Made by a program: the position numbers and the translations under genes. A stretch of 63,968 nucleotides of DNA, counting the filler, from Octopus bimaculoides (Eukaryota), in assembly GCF_001194135.2 (NCBI RefSeq). It is 5 parts of 5 records of this genome, joined end to end, with 100 filler letters (N's around TTAATTAATTAA, not from the genome) between each part and the next. Parts side by side here need not be neighbours in the genome. Positions count along the whole stretch, not along the records: positions 34,111 to 49,246 come from NC_068997.1; 4 more parts are not named here. The stretch is one strand, 5' to 3'. Position 1 is the stretch's first letter, and each line of letters opens with the position of its first letter. Shown piece after piece: positions 36,742-49,241 of this stretch. Below the pieces are notes generated by a model. It saw only the letters and a list, made by a program, of their open reading frames with translations, ran no database searches and was not told the DNA's origin.

Positions 36742-36924
36742 TGTATGTACATGTGTATATATAAATACATGCATTTATTTTATATTTTCTTATTTTTTAG
36801 TCATTAGACTGCACGTAGGGCTCTGCATTGACGTGTTTACATTACACATGCACACACGCACGTGCACTGACTAAGGAAAATGGTCTAATAAAGGGGCATA
36901 GAAGGCCTTGACAGAATGTAAACA

Positions 36925-37088
36925 GGAAGAAAGAATGAGAGAAAGTTGTGGTGAAAGAGTACAGCAGGGTTCGTCACCACCACCTGCCGTGGACCCTCGT
37001 GGAGCTTTAGGTGATTTCGCTCAATAAGCACTCACAACGCCGGTCTGAGAATCGAAACCGCGATCCTATGACCACGTGTCCGCTGCCC
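36925..37088 (-). mobile_element. SINE family C (5' part)
   Basis: Reverse complement of 10896-11080. Confidence 0.7.
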
Positions 37089-37185
37089 CCTCCCCCACAC
37101 ACATACACACACATACACACACAAACATACACACACACGCACACGCACACGCACACACATATATATATATATAATGTATGTTTAT

Positions 37186-37219
<34 letters not shown>

Positions 37220-37753
37220 GTATATATGTATGCATGTATATTCGTATGAACATATGGGTGTATGTATACATGAATCACTTGACCTAAATTAAATATTTAT
37301 CGCACCGTATAAAAATTTGACATTTTTAATGAAGTTGGAGATTTCATGGCCCAACGATTTGAAGCATTGACCTAATTAACATATTTGGGGAGATGGGGGT
37401 GGGATGTCTATACATTTTACCCCAGATATTGAAACATTTAATTTTCCATGGCTTCTATATTGATTAAACACTATGGCGCGGCGGTGGAGGCGGTGGTGGT
37501 GGTGGCAGTGGTGTTTAGGTGGTAGTGGTGGCCGTGCTGGTGACCGGTGTTTGTACAAGCTGTGGTGTTGTTGGATCTGTTAGCCTTTATAATAAATGTT
37601 GTGTGGTTGTTGTCATTTTTGTTGCTGGCGTTCTGGTGTTTGTGGTAGATAACTTCACTAGGAGTGATAACCTTTCTACAGCCGGCACAAAGACCCAAAT
37701 TCTTCTCTTTTTTCTTTTTTGGTAGATGGGGGGGGGGTGGACCAGTTGATTAC

Positions 37754-37805
37754 ATCCTTCATAAGATCTAAATCCTTCATAAGATCTAAATCCTTCATAA
37801 GATCT
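37754..37805. repeat. 18-bp minisatellite, ~3 copies
   Basis: (ATCCTTCATAAGATCTAA)x3. Confidence 0.9.
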
Positions 37806-39171
37806 CTCACAATGTTATAGTGCTGTCACCTAAAATGTGCATTCACTGCTTTCACGCGTGTCAGTTCGAACAGAATGCCTGCCATCGTAAATGAAGTAAA
37901 TAAAGTTCAAAGAATAAAAAGTACAAGCTGTGTTGTGCCAACAGGTTCATCGTGAAGGAGGCACTTAAATGATCTCAACCTACAAGAGTCTTCTCTCCAT
38001 TGATCGTCAGTCCACTGCAACGTTAATCCACAGATGTCGATGATAATCAATGTCTGCTGGACCGACTGGAGAAACGTAAACAAAAAGTGTTTCGATATAG
38101 GATATGCCACATTCGCCAGTCAGAGAATTGAAATCACGACCTAACGATCATGGTCTTATGTCGCTCTTCGCTCGTTCACGCGTCCTCACGTATAAATGAA
38201 TCAAATCAGTTCAACGAAAACGGCTAACACTATAATAAAAACAAAGACTTTACTGAAAGGCAACTTATATTCGTGATCCCTCTAACGATCATAGCTTTTA
38301 AAATGGCGATAGTCTTTTCGTCATAATTTGAAATTGAAATTAAGGAATCATAAAGAGAAAAAAAGTAGATATATTTCACGTTTAATATTATTCTTTGTTT
38401 ACAAGTACGAAGCTCTTGGAATTTCTAGTTATTAAGCAATCATATATATAGGACCATTTCATTTGTTTTAGAAATTATCAGCATGATATGACCTTTGACT
38501 TATGAATTTAATATATTATTAAGTGAATTATTTCATTAAACAAGGAAATAATTACTGTCTCAAGAAAATTGGTGGAAAGTGTATTTGTTTTTCTTCCCTT
38601 CATAGAACGTTAATAGATCAAGAGTCGAGAGAATAAGGAGAAAACGCATTCAATAAACTGATTTGCTGAAGAATCTTCACAGTGAGAAGTGAAACTGATT
38701 TTGGTCCTTCTATACCACGTTACCATTCATCTAAACACATTGAAATAAAATGGGAAATAAATGAACAATACCCGGCCCATAAGAGAAAAGATTTATCTTT
38801 ACAAAAGAAAACAGGAAGTGGTGGCTTTATTGTGATAAGAACAAATACTGAGAAAATAACTTAGATGGAGACGGAAACGGGGCTGGTGGTCAAAGAGGAA
38901 TTGAACTTGTGTTGGAAAAGATATACTCTAGACTTTTGTAAAGCGTTTGTGCTTTTGTTCATCAGAATCACGTAGTTTGATACAAAATGGTGAAAGCAAA
39001 ACTCTGTAGAGATATATACAATGGAAGATACATTGAACAATAGAAAAGAAAAAAAAAACAATCATAAAAGACAGAATGAAATATAGCAGAGGGAGCTGCG
39101 TTCGATTGTGTAAGCAAAAGCACGCAATGAGAATAACATTACTGGAATTGCGCTTGGCGGTGAAGGTGGAG

Positions 39172-39175
39172 ATGG

Positions 39176-39228
<53 letters not shown>

Positions 39229-39348
39229 ATGACGATGACGATGATAACGATGATGGTCATGATGGTCATGATGATAAAGACGAAGACGACAATAATGATT
39301 GTGGTAGTGATCGTCGTGATGGTGGTGGTAATGGCGTTGATGATGATA

Positions 39349-39402
<54 letters not shown>

Positions 39403-39750
39403 GCAATAAAAACTTAGCGATGGAAAATAACTCAAGAGGTGACCAACGGTATAAATTTTGGGTAATTCAGGGAGATTCTTTCTTGTTTTGGCTCTCGTAA
39501 TTTTTCTTCAGCTCATATCATCCCATTTTATCATCATCATCATCATCTACGTCTTCGACGTAGTCATCACCGACACACCACGACTATCGCCATGACAGTC
39601 ATCGTCATCGTCGTCGTTACCTCCAGCAGCAACAACATCATCGTCATTCTCAAAATCGTCATCACCACCAACAGGAACACCACTATCCACTTCATCATCA
39701 TCATCATCACTACCACCATCATCACCATCGTCATCATCATCATCATCATC
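39172..39750. repeat. (GAT)n-rich block followed by a (CAT)n-rich block
   Basis: Trinucleotide runs in opposite orientation separated by ~130 bp. Confidence 0.8.
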
Positions 39751-40855
39751 ACGTCTCCTATTTCATTTCATCTATTTTTTTTTCTGTCTCACACACTCAA
39801 ACACTTTCATTCCCTTCTATCTACCTACCACTGCCTCCCACCCGCTTCCTCCCTCTCTTTCTCTTTCCCTTTCTCTTTCCCCTACTTCTCTCTCTCTCCC
39901 TCTCCCTCTCTCTCTCTCTTACGTACACACATACACACACACACTCACTGTCTCTTTCTTCCAGTCCCTTCTCCTATTTTCCTCTCCCTACCCCTTATCA
40001 CCACCACTACCTCTCTCCCCTTCTCCCTCTCCCTCAGTCTCCTTCCCCCACCTTCCCATCCACAGCTCTCATCACATCAGACACAGACATTTTCTAACCT
40101 TTCCCCTACATACACACATTTCCAATACACACACACTACACAATACACACACAATACACACACACACACACTACCCAATACACACACACACTACACAACA
40201 CACACACACACACACACACTACTCAATACACACACACACTACACAATACACACACTACCCAATACACATACTACCCAATACACACACACACTACACAATA
40301 CACACACACACACTACACAACACACACACACTACACAATACACACACACACACACGCATTCATTTAGTAAAACAATCAACAGCTGGTTGTGGCGGGAATA
40401 CAATCTTGTCATCGTCACCATTAATTGCTTCCTTGCTATTTCTCTCACACATTGTCTCCTTGTTATTTTTTGCTGCTGTCGCTGCTGCTGCTGCAGTTTT
40501 TGTCATTGTACCTGTTGCTGTTGTTGTTGTTGTTGTAGCTGTTTTTATTAAACTCTGTGATTAAATATTATACTGTCGTTGCCGTGGTAGACATTACTTT
40601 TTTTTTTTAATTGCATTTTGTTTTTAGTTTTAATTTGGTTGATGTCAAAAATGTTAATTATTATCGTTTTGTTAACATTTGACTTGCATTTAATTATTGT
40701 TGTTGTTGTTGGTTTTTATTTTATTTTATTTATTTATTTTTATTATTTTTGCATATTTAACGTTCACTATAGTCATGATGATGATGTTGATGACCATGTT
40801 CATAACGATGACGACGATGAAGACGACAACAACGGATACAATAACTACGACGATA

Positions 40856-40915
<60 letters not shown>

Positions 40916-41278
40916 GCCGTGATCATGATGACGACGGCAGCGATGATGACGATGACGACGATGAAAAAGACAGACGACGATGATGATGACGATGATGATG
41001 ATAATGATGACGACGACGGTGACGGCGATGTCGATGATGATGATGAAGATGATGATGACGATGATGATGATGGCGTTGATGATTACGACGATGACGACGC
41101 GTCGTCCTCTGGTGGTGGTGGTGGTGCAGATGACCATGGTGTTGATGTATTTGGTACCTTTCTGTTGGTTGTTACTTTTAACTGCTGAGAAAAGACTGCG
41201 CAAATAGGCAGAAACACATCTGCACACAAAGGCACAAATACCCTCCTCCCCTCAAAACACAGACACGCACAAACACAA

Positions 41279-41313
<35 letters not shown>

Positions 41314-41810
41314 ACAACAACAACAACAACAACAAGGCATATGCCAGCACACACTCAAGTACTTATACACACATGCTCATACGCACACTCGCACACAGAA
41401 ACACACACATACCTGCAGACACATACACACAAACACACGTACTTACGCATAGTCGAATATAAACGCTTACACATACGAACACATAGAGAAACACACACAT
41501 TCATATTAGCAAATTCTCTCTCTCTTTCTCTCTCTCCCTCTCTCTTTCATACACACACACACGCGCGCGCGCACACACACATACACATGCACAATCACAT
41601 TTAAATTAACTTGTAGCTATCTTCACAGCGACACACATATGTCCATGCACTTACACACACTCTCACGTACACATTAACACACGCACATCTATATACCCGC
41701 ACACGCTTACACATATACGTAGAGCCTTGACAAGTTGAACGTCTTCTTCCTGATCAAAAAGATGTTTCTGTTCAAGATCTCAGAGATTTAATTTAGTCGC
41801 AAGCAATTTA

Positions 41811-41857
<47 letters not shown>

Positions 41858-42161
41858 AANNNNNNNNNNNNNNNNNNNNNNNNNNNNNNNNNNNNNNNNN
41901 NNNNNNNNNNNNNNNNNNNNNNNNNNNNNNNNNNNNNNNNNNNNNNNNNNNNNNNNNNNTATTACAACTAGATTTCTTGTCTCGAATAGTAGATGAAGAA
42001 TGAGATTGAACTTTTTCACCGTTTTGTCCACAGATTCTGCACTTATCACTTTCTGCTATGTTGTCTATTCTATATTTTATGTAGTTTGTTCTTAGTGTTT
42101 GCTCTTGGAAAGCACAGATTAGAGCCTCCGTTTCCGGTTTGAAATCACATTATTATTATTA

Positions 42162-42196
<35 letters not shown>

Positions 42197-42218
42197 GTCT
42201 TCATCATCATCATCATCA

Positions 42219-42251
<33 letters not shown>

Positions 42252-42281
42252 NNNNNNNNNNCTTCATCATCATCATCATCA

Positions 42282-42359
<78 letters not shown>

Positions 42360-42405
42360 ATGGGAGCTGCCGCAGTAGTAGTGGTGGTGGTGGTAGTAGT
42401 AGCAA

Positions 42406-42455
<50 letters not shown>

Positions 42456-43007
42456 ACTGTATTGTTGGGAAAAGGCTAAATTTTCTTTGCCTTAACACGG
42501 GTCACAAGCATTGATCTTATCAGTTGGAAAACCAGGTTGTCTTTAATTGTTCAACGCTACACCAAGGATGATTTCGCCTATTGTTAGTCATAGTCGAAGA
42601 GAGGCCAAGACGACGACGAACCTGTTAGAACAGCTGACAAAATGCCTTGAAGTATTTAGTTGCAGCCTTTTTACACCCTTACTTCAGACCCATCCGTCCC
42701 CATAATGTCTACTTCGCTTTTCATCCTTTCGCGTTTCATACTTGTTTGCATGTGTTTGCTGATCGTTACTGAAAACATCACCGATTTACGAGTGTTTGCC
42801 TCCTATGGTCAACACCCTGTGTTTGCCTCGTATAGTCAACACGACGTATTTGTCTACGGCCGACATAATCTTCTGACGAAGGCAATATTCTTCTTCTCCA
42901 GCTGTGATCGCTAATAATAATCTATAATAGTGCAGATGATGCATCGCCGAAATCTCAGTCCTGTTTCTACATTAAGAATGGAATTATCTCTATTATGTTC
43001 CTTCATT

Positions 43008-43101
43008 CCTCCTCCTCCTCTTCCTTCTTCTTCTTCTTCTTCTTCTTCTTCTTCTTCTTCTTCTTCTTCTTCTTCTTCTTCTTCTTCTTCTTCTTCTTCT
43101 T
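43008..43101. repeat. (TTC)n microsatellite next to a gap
   Basis: Read directly from the sequence. Confidence 0.95.
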
Positions 43102-44204
43102 CTTCTTCTTCTTCTTCTTCTNNNNNNNNNNNNNNNNNNNNNNNNNNNNNNNNNNNNNNNNNNNNNNNNNNNNNNNNNNNNNNNNNNNNNNNNNNNNNNN
43201 NNNNNNNNNNNNNNNNNNNNNNNNNNNNNNNNNNNNNNNNNNNNNNNNNNNNNNNNNNNNNNNNNNNNNNNNNNNNNNNNNNNNNNNNNNNNNNNNNNNN
43301 NNNNNNNNNNNNNNNNNNNNNNNNNNNNNNNNNNNNNNNNNNNNNNNNNNNNNNNNNNNNNNNNNNNNNNNNNNNNNNNNNNNNNNNNNNNNNNNNNNNN
43401 NNNNNNNNNNNNNNNNNNNNNNNNNNNNNNNNNNNNNNNNNNNNNNNNNNNNNNNNNNNNNNNNNNNNNNNNNNNNNNNNNNNNNNNNNNNNNNNNNNNN
43501 NNNNNNNNNNNNNNNNNNNNNNNNNNNNNNNNNNNNNNNNNNNNNNNNNNNNNNNNNNNNNNNNNNNNNNNNNNNNNNNNNNNNNNNNNNNNNNNNNNNN
43601 NNNNNNNNNNNNNNNNNNNNNNNNNNNNNNNNNNNNNNNNNNNNNNNNNNNNNNNNNNNNNNNNNNNNNNNNNNNNNNNNNNNNNNNNNNNNNNNNNNNN
43701 NNNNNNNNNNNNNNNNNNNNNNNNNNNNNNNNNNNNNNNNNNNNNNNNNNNNNNNNNNNNNNNNNNNNNNNNNNNNNNNNNNNNNNNNNNNNNNNNNNNN
43801 NNNNNNNNNNNNNNNNNNNNNNNNNNNNNNNNNNNNNNNNNNNNNNNNNNNNNNNNNNNNNNNNNNNNNNNNNNNNNNNNNNNNNNNNNNNNNNNNNNNN
43901 NNNNNNNNNNNNNNNNNNNNNNNNNNNNNNNNNNNNNNNNNNNNNNNNNNNNNNNNNNNNNNNNNNNNNNNNNNNNNNTGTGTGTGTGTGTGTAAGTAAA
44001 AATTTTTAAAAAACTTCAAAAACTTGTTCAAATAAAACCCTTCAAGGCAGTCCTCCACTATGGCCGCAATCAAATGACTGACAGAACATGTAAAAGACAC
44101 CTATTACAGGCCACATATATTCAACTAAAAGTATGAAAATATACTCTGCTTCGTAACTAAAACTAAAACAGATCACTTTTAATAATCCTGTCTACTAAAG
44201 GTAC

Positions 44205-44388
44205 AACGCCTGAAATTCTGGGGGATTACATCGATCCATCGTTTCACTGGTATTTAATTTATCGACCCCGTAAGCATGACAGGCAACGTCGACCTCGGCG
44301 GAATTTGAACTCAGAATGTAAAAGACTGATGAAGTGCCACTGAGCATTTTGCCCGGCGTACTAACGATTCTGCCAGTTCACCGCCTTT
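44205..44388 (-). mobile_element. SINE family D
   Basis: Reverse complement of family D. Confidence 0.75.
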
Positions 44389-45088
44389 AAACAACTTTAA
44401 AAAATAGCCACAGTGTGTAAATAACAAATGAGGTTCTACCAAGCGATACTGAGTTCAATTCTAGCAGTGGCACCTCAAAAGGCTGTGAGAAACCTAAGAC
44501 CTACATTTTATAGTATCTGAAGCATCTAATTGCCATAGTTGTCTATGCCTACCATGGAAACCTGTGCTCAGGTTTCTAATTAAAGACTGGCTATAATGAT
44601 TGTGTGGATGCGGTGGTTAATTAGAGATTGCCAGTGATTGATGAGTTGTTAAACGTCATAATATACATGAGANNNNNNNNNNNNNNNNNNNNNNNNNNNN
44701 NNNNNNNNNNNNNNNNNNNNNNNNNNNNNNNNNNNNNNNNNNNNNNNNNNNNNNNNNNNNNNNNNNNNNNNNNNNNNNNNNNNNNNNNNNNNNNNNNNNN
44801 NNNNNNNNNNNNNNNNNNNNNNNNNNNNNNNNNNNNNNNNNNNNNNNNNNNNNNNNNNNNNNNNNNNNNNNNNNNNNNNNNNNNNNNNNNNNNNNNNNNN
44901 NNNNNNNNNNNNNNNNNNNNNNNNNNNNNNNNNNNNNNNNNNNNNNNNNNNNNNNNNNNNNNNNNNNNNNNNNNNNNNNNNNNNNNNNNNNNNNNNNNNN
45001 NNNNNNNNNNNNNNNNNNNNNNNNNNNNNNNNNNNNNNNNNNNNNNNNNNNNNNNNNATATATATATATATACATATATATTTATATA

Positions 45089-45415
45089 TATGAGGCGCTA
45101 CTCAAAAGAAACCGGAATTTTGCAATGTTATTTTGTTCACTTAGTCTTACATGTTTACACTTTTATCGCCTTTGAAGTATTCTCCGTTTGAAGGAATACA
45201 TCAGTCCAGGCGCGTTTTACACTGTTCGAAGCAGACTTGGAACTCTTAAAAAGTAATGCTTTTTCAACGCCTCCTTCGTTTTTTCTTCACCTCTTCCACA
45301 TCTGCAAAACGTTTCTCTTTAAGGAATTTTTTCATTCGTGGGACCAAACAATGTCGCAGGGAGCAAATCACCTCGTAGTAGAAATGAACTCGAAAACATG
45401 TCGTAGCAAAATATG
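45089..45415 (-). mobile_element. Mariner-type transposon 3' end (transposase C-terminus plus terminal inverted repeat)
   Basis: Minus-strand translation, with shifts, resembles DLLPAT..PRMKKFLKEKRFADVEEVKKK...FEQCKTRLD.CIPSNGEYFKGD. The end reads ...TTCCGGTTTCTTTTGAGTAGCGCCTCA-TA. Confidence 0.8.
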
Positions 45416-46832
45416 CTTCTTTAAACATGCAGCCACGTCTAGTATTACTATAAAATACTTCAACACGTTTATTACATTTCTATATAAATGTACGTCGTCA
45501 TTGCAGATTAATTGATTTTGAGTCTCGTCTACAAATCTGAGATATTGTAGTAAAGAAGGAGTATTTTATATTTGAGGTTTGCAGAGTAATCATATTCAGA
45601 ATATTTCAAGTTCTTCTCTGAGAAACTCTACTGAGAAACGTCGCCAAATTAGTAATTCTTCTTGGGAAGCTACGACAGCAGCTGTTGTGCCCTTAAGGAT
45701 GAAAAGGGAATGACTGTTGTGTTTCTATAAATTAGATTGGAATATTGGTAAATTGAGACACGAATGGTTTCTGCTTCTAAGAGTTTTCTATACATACATA
45801 CATACATACATACATACATACGTACATACATACATACCTACATACATACATACGTTCGTACATACAAACATACATACAAACATACATACATATATATATA
45901 CATACATATATAGATATATAGATATATACATATATAAATNNNNNNNNNNNNNNNNNNNNNNNNNNNNNNNNNNNNNNNNNNNNNNNNNNNNNNNNNNNNN
46001 NNNNNNNNNNNNNNNNNNNNNNNNNNNNNNNNNNNNNNNNNNNNNNNNNNNNNNNNNNNNNNNNNNNNNNNNNNNNNNNNNNNNNNNNNNNNNNNNNNNN
46101 NNNNNNNNNNNNNNNNNNNNNNNNNNNNNNNNNNNNNNNNNNNNNNNNNNNNNNNNNNNNNNNNNNNNNNNNNNNNNNNNNNNNNNNNNNNNNNNNNNNN
46201 NNNNNNNNNNNNNNNNNNNNNNNNNNNNNNNNNNNNNNNNNNNNNNNNNNNNNNNNNNNNNNNNNNNNNNNNNNNNNNNNNNNNNNNNNNNNNNNNNNNN
46301 NNNNNNNNNNNNNNNNNNNNNNNNNNNNNNNNNNNNNNNNNNNNNNNNNNNNNNNNNNNNNNNNNNNNNNNNNNNNNNNNNNNNNNNNNNNNNNNNNNNN
46401 NNNNNNNNNNNNNNNNNNNNNNNNNNNNNNNNNNNNNNNNNNNNNNNNNNNNNNNNNNNNNNNNATATATATATATACATGTATATATATACATGTACAT
46501 ATATATATATGCATATATATATATATACATGGTTATATGTATACAAATATATTATATATATATATATGTATATATACATACCCACACGCACACATACACA
46601 TACACACACTCACAGATATATAAGTATATATATATATATATACATATAAACGCACACATACACGCGCGCACATACACAGACACAGACACACAGACTAACA
46701 CACACACACATAAGTGAGAGCTACGTAAAGTGTGTGTGTGTGTGTGTGTGTTTACTTGTATCTGTGTCAATGTTGCTATGAACTTAATGAGTTTTGTAGT
46801 GCATTATCGTCGTCGTCATCATCATCATCATC

Positions 46833-46865
<33 letters not shown>

Positions 46866-47445
46866 TTCGTCGTCATCATTAATTTTGTTATTATTATTAT
46901 TATTGATGATGTTATCGCTGCTGTTGTTGTTGTTATTGTTGTTGAAAAGTCAATAAGCGCGAGCGACCCTTAATGTTATGGCCCATGTGACGCCATCTGG
47001 TATGTCTTGTCTCAGAGCCAATCTCCAAAAGAATAATTGGATTCCAGTGTTGGCGTGCGATGGGGTGAGGCGGTGGCGTGTAGGGCAACATTTCATTTTC
47101 TCTGAGGCATCAACAAAAATTTACATTACAATTTAATTTCCAACTATTAAAATTATAGATCAACTCCTGCAGCCTCTCCAATACCATCGCCATCGTACGC
47201 TTTCCTAAACACATACACACACACACACGCATGCGCATATATANNNNNNNNNNTATATATACAGTAATGTATAAGTACGTATATGTGTAATTCATTGAAT
47301 GAGTGCGTGCTTGTAATTGTATATAATTATACACGTGTATATTTATTTCTCTGTTAGTCTATATGTTAAACATACATAGCTACATAATACCTATACATAT
47401 AGCCCTGCTTCAACATTTATATACACATTCTCCCTCTCTCTCTCC

Positions 47446-47501
<56 letters not shown>

Positions 47502-47758
47502 GTCTACGACACACTCACTGATCAATGTGAATGCCACATAGACACACTGCATTCGGGATAAACAATTTTGTAGAATTTAGCTTTGAAATTTAAAGCAACA
47601 TACGTATTTTTGTGGTATATATACATTCCTACATACATATATGTTATAATGGAAGGAACTACAAGGTTTCCTAGTCGAAATAATTAATTATCTGTAATCT
47701 ATTAGTTGATCAAGTGCTTTTCAGCCTGTTGAGGCATTGCCGCATAATGAATATATAT

Positions 47759-47795
<37 letters not shown>

Positions 47796-47798
47796 ATA

Positions 47799-47852
<54 letters not shown>

Positions 47853-48357
47853 TATATATATTACAAAATGGGACAAGAACGCAAAACATCCAGACAGTTA
47901 AGTGGTACAAGAAAGGGAAAAAACATCCAGACAGACGATACGAAGAAAACAAGGACAGGTCATTCAGTGTTTCCTTTCCTCAGTCGAGTTCCAGATTATC
48001 TTTGCAATTTCGGCTGGTTATACTCGATATTGCTCCAATCTGGCCAGCCCCAAGGAAAAACTAAGCTAAGCGCATTAGATTCCTTGGAAGAAAGCAGCGA
48101 ATGTATACGAAAACAAGGACGGAAAAAAACGAACAATGTTAACCAAATACAATAAAAATAAGAACAGGACATAACAAGTGTCTATGTATGAGTATACTAA
48201 TTTCTATACACACACCACACACAGACACAGACACATACACACACACAGATACATTTTTATATATACATACATTCATATATATATATATTATATATATGTG
48301 TGTGTTTACACACACGCATACACACACACACACACATATACATACATACATATATAT

Positions 48358-48388
<31 letters not shown>

Positions 48389-48427
48389 AATTGTAAATCC
48401 AAAAAATAACAACAAGACTACAAAGGA

Positions 48428-48498
48428 TTCCGCGGTACACGTGTTTCAAGCTTTATATGTGTATAATTTACAATACAAAGCTATCGTCAGCTGCAAAA
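48428..48498 (-). ncRNA. Type I hammerhead motif with palindromic stem III
   Basis: UUUUGCAG-CUGACGA-U-AGCUUUGUAU..AUAUAAAGCU-U-GAAAC-ACGU-GUA-CCGCGGAA. Confidence 0.6.
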
Positions 48499-49094
48499 TT
48501 ATTTCTCTCCCAGGAAATTATACCACATCGGCGTTAAAGTAGGAAGAAAGGTGTGATGTAAGAGGTGAAGATCCTTTCGGTATTCTGTATAGTACTATAC
48601 CTCGTATAATTCTCCATTTACACATAATTTCTCCGGTCCTCCGAAAACCGCCTATACCTTGCCACGATTCAGTGTGTATATATATATATATATATATATA
48701 TTTACACACAAACACATATATAATGTGTGTGTATTTCAATTTGCACACACATATGACACATTGTGGTTTGGCTGTCACCTCTATTCGAAGGTTATGCATT
48801 CATATTCAGGAATGCGCTTGAAGGAATGGACATAATATATTACAGAAGACAATATTGTGACACGGACGACTACCGAGACCGAATCGTCGGCAGCGTTCCA
48901 TCGATACAATACCATTTGATACACACGCATATCGCATATACACATAGCAATCATAATGTGTACATACATAGATACACAAAATATATATGTAAGTATACAT
49001 GTATATATATATATAGTCTCCTTTAGAGAGACTTAGAAATATTAATAACTCTATTTCTGAAAACCAGTGGATAGATTCCACTGAAATTAGATAA

Positions 49095-49241
49095 ATAACC
49101 TTCGAGCAGATAGTCAGCAGCGCCGCCTGGCTAAGGCTTGGCTACTCTGCATTGACAAGGGGCAACACCCTGAAACTAGTCTAGTCTGCAGATGCCAAAC
49201 CAGCAGGGGGACACTGCTGACCTCCCCTGTTCGAAGGTTAT
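49095..49241 (+). ncRNA. Rod-like RNA fold capped by a hammerhead motif (49146-49192)
   Basis: Stem I UCUGCA/UGCAGA; core UUGACAA; stem II GGGG/CCCU; GAAA; stem III ACUA/UAGU; GUC cleavage triplet; outer helices of 15 bp and 8+ bp. Confidence 0.65.

Noticed and set aside
37907-39061. Possible minus-strand splice acceptors near 38066 and 39008, and others near 42906 (minus strand) and 51557 (plus strand)
   Set aside because: Acceptor-like tracts without matching donors or recognisable peptides; expected by chance.
42145-42320. Duplicated (TTA)n(TCA)n(TTA)n block on both sides of a 10-N gap
   Set aside because: Likely contig-end overlap artefact.
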